From Camelus dromedarius (Eukaryota), in NCBI RefSeq assembly GCF_036321535.1, contig NC_087437.1:58406001-58470000 (forward strand): a DNA stretch of 64,000 bases, in the 5' to 3' direction. The translations under genes were made by a program, and so were the position numbers. The notes under the pieces were generated by a model. That model made no database searches. It was not told where the DNA came from and saw nothing but the letters and a program-made list of their open reading frames with translations. This document shows positions 61,290-64,000 of this stretch, in pieces; positions within the stretch are counted from its first letter, which is position 1, and every line of letters begins with the position of its first letter.

Positions 61290-64000
61290 CTGGTGGGAAA
61301 CGGAGAAGCACAGTCAGTCTGAAGACACAGATGATGCTGCAAAAATGTTCATGCATTCACGATGTGCATTTTCATAGGTTATAAATTACTGGTGTAATAG
61401 ACACATCATGTATGTGTAGGTATGTGTTACCTTGAGACACAGATACATACTTCATACATGTAAGTTTTCTATGCATGACTGCACAGAAAATGTGGAAGGA
61501 TTACATTCAATGGTTGCGATGATTTGGGGACACTGTAGCTTTCTTTTATCTTCCTTTCTTTCTTTTTCCTTCGTAACTTCAAAATTTTCTAAAATAATTT
61601 GGTCACTTTGCAATAAAAAAAAAAGTAAAAGTGGCTTTTTGTTTGCTTGCCTTGTTTTCTTATGAGGGAATACAGGACTGTGGCTCTCTCCCCAGGAAGC
61701 TCTGAGGGTACATGTGTCAAACCTCCACACTGGGCAGCATTGCCCTCTTCCCTCTGGTGCCACATCTCCCTTCAGCTGAACCCTGCTTTTGAGCCCTGGG
61801 TCAGGGCTTAACCCCCAGGGCTGTGCATACAGCTGCCCAAGCTGTGCCATCGTAAGGGCACTTGCCAGTGGAGCAATCAGGGCTGAATTCAGCTGTCACG
61901 ACCTGTCTCTTTCCCCACTTTCTCTGTATCTTCCCTGATCCCTCCCCAGGCATGTGATATATATGATATACATGTATAATTGAATGGATGAATGAGTGAA
62001 ACGAAGCCAGGAGCACTTTTTTTGTACCTGGCACTGCCTCATGTATTGCCTTATACATCAGTGGGAGTAAAAACTGTTACAACTCTATGCTGAGAGGATC
62101 AACCAAAGGGCTGAAACTCCAAAGGCTATGCTCAGACTCTACCACCACATTCACCTTAAGGCCACACTTCCCCTGGGCCCCTCATAGCTAATAACCGAGG
62201 AAAGCAGGGCTTCTAATCACACACATTCTTGTGGAACACTAGACACCTCTGATGGGCAACTTTGGCCTTGACTTCCTTGGACTTGCGTGGCAGTCCGAAG
62301 CTGCTCACGCAGTCCTCCTTCTTGCCCTCTGTCCTTCACAAGGGTCAGACCCACTTCCTAATGTGGTGCCCTCCCCACCTCCTCTGGCCTCCTAACCTTT
62401 TCCCCCCATAGATAATTCCTCCAATACCTGTCTTACACCTCACAACAACATCTCCATCTCAAAAGACTTGGACAAATGTAATAGTTTCCTACTATTTGGG
62501 TAAAAATGTGGCAGAAAATACATATAAGGAATATATTCACACATAAGTATAACGTATCTCTAAAAGTGTGTAAAATAAATTGGGGTTATCAGTTGTCTCT
62601 AGAGAGGGGAACTTGGAGTTGGGGAACAAGGATGGGAGGGAGGTTCTCACAACATAACTTCTCTAACTTTAGAATTTAAAATCATGTGAACGTTTTCTCT
62701 ATTTGAAAAAATTCATGCACTTTTTAAGTGAGCAATAACTAGGCTGCAAAGTAGCATGATCCCATTTAAAATAACTAGACGTCATAAATCAAAGGAACAT
62801 TTATAATACATGAATTTTCAAACATCAAAGGTTATAGTCAATAATGTTATCATTTTCCTTGCCTGCATATTTACATGTTCTAAATGCACTCATAATTTTA
62901 TGTAATAATAAGAAAAGTAACTATTTTTAAGGTAAGCAATAAGTCTTTGCAGAATCTTTTGAAGTCATGCTGACAATGACTCCACACATCAGTTCCCTCC
63001 ACACCAAATATGTTCCTTATTTTGTTATAACAGAGGACCCAGCTCTCCTGTAGGAGTCTTCTCTATTAAAGAGTGTAACTAAATCCAACATGTCTTAACC
63101 TTAACTTTGGCAGGACTAAGAAGTTTTAATTCATTTAGAAGACTAGTGGGCAAAGATTCTTTTTATCTCCATGAGTACTTAATCTAATTCACGAATACAA
63201 CTACACTGTTAATCACAGCAATACAATTACAAAAATGAAAAACTGAATGTAGATATCAGTTTGGATGTCAAACTTCACCATGGGTTTGTGAAGGTGCTGC
63301 TGGTTTGGAATGCACTATGTAGTCCAAATGCTTGTCTACATTTAGGAAGCTGATGTGCAATGATGAGTCAGTCACTGTCTTTATGTGCCGTTCACTATGA
63401 CAGGCACTGGTAATACAAGAAGGAATAAGACAGGATCTTGGCCTTCATGTGAAACTTGTCTTTGAGATGGAGAAGCAGACAGGCAACTTCACAAAGAACT
63501 AAGAGCTCAGTTTTCCTATCATCCCTTCTGTACTTCATTTATTGGTCTAAAGGGTAGTTAGCAATGATTAAATCAAATTTAAAAGAACAGATTAGAGGAA
63601 TTAAAATATGTATATTTCCCCTTGCTTGAATATGTAAAATTTCTGTCTCTTACAGAGTTTCAAAGTTGTCTTAAAATTAGAAAATTTAAGGGAGTTTATG
63701 AGTTTCAAAATATGAATCTTTTAAAGTAAGTTCCATAGACATTATGTACATACAGAAAAGCATGTTTTTAAAGAGTTAAAAAAAAAAGTAAATACAGATT
63801 TGAGAACTAACCCCAAAAGTGTTATAGGCAAAACTGTTTTAAACAGCTTCAAAACAAAACCATTTAGAGGAAAATTCTCTCACATTTGGAAGAGAAGATG
63901 TATAAATAGAATTTCCAATCTTACAGGGATCTTTGAAAAGAAAAATGTTCAATGTATTTGAAATACTTAGTCAAGATTGGACAGAATTTTATTTCCTGAT

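Noticed and set aside
61081..61356. ORF-track proteins overlapping the ATP13A4 penultimate exon
   Set aside because: They are in the wrong frame or on the opposite strand; the real exon is 61209-61289.

Overview
This is mammalian genomic DNA, most likely camelid, judging by tRNA-Ala-derived SINEs that resemble Vic-1 and lineage-type L1 3' ends; I recognised no Alu, B1 or Bov-type SINEs. The window holds two tandem P5B-type ATPase genes on the minus strand. ATP13A4 contributes its last two coding exons (61209-61289 and 56349-56561) and a probable ~3.3 kb 3' UTR. About 11 kb downstream lie the promoter and coding exons 1-9 of ATP13A5 (41598 down to 1846). All nine exons have canonical GT-AG boundaries and splice into one open 943-nt frame, and the gene continues past position 1. 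The rest is intronic or intergenic and rich in repeats: young L1 3' ends with target-site duplications (TSDs), old L1/L2/MIR, an ERV1-type solo LTR, MaLR/ERVL LTRs, hAT MITEs and micro/minisatellites. Nearly all ORF-track entries are spurious. I cannot support a wholly new biological system here. The best leads are a pure (GAA)38 tract on the sense strand of ATP13A5 intron 1, an in-frame ATP13A4-to-ATP13A5 read-through splice possibility, a [FY]xNPx[YF] sorting motif in the ATP13A4 tail, an antisense solo LTR and a local templated duplication. Gene and repeat family names come from recalled sequences, not database searches. Exon numbers for ATP13A5 are counted from the ATG exon, and coordinates of old repeats are approximate.
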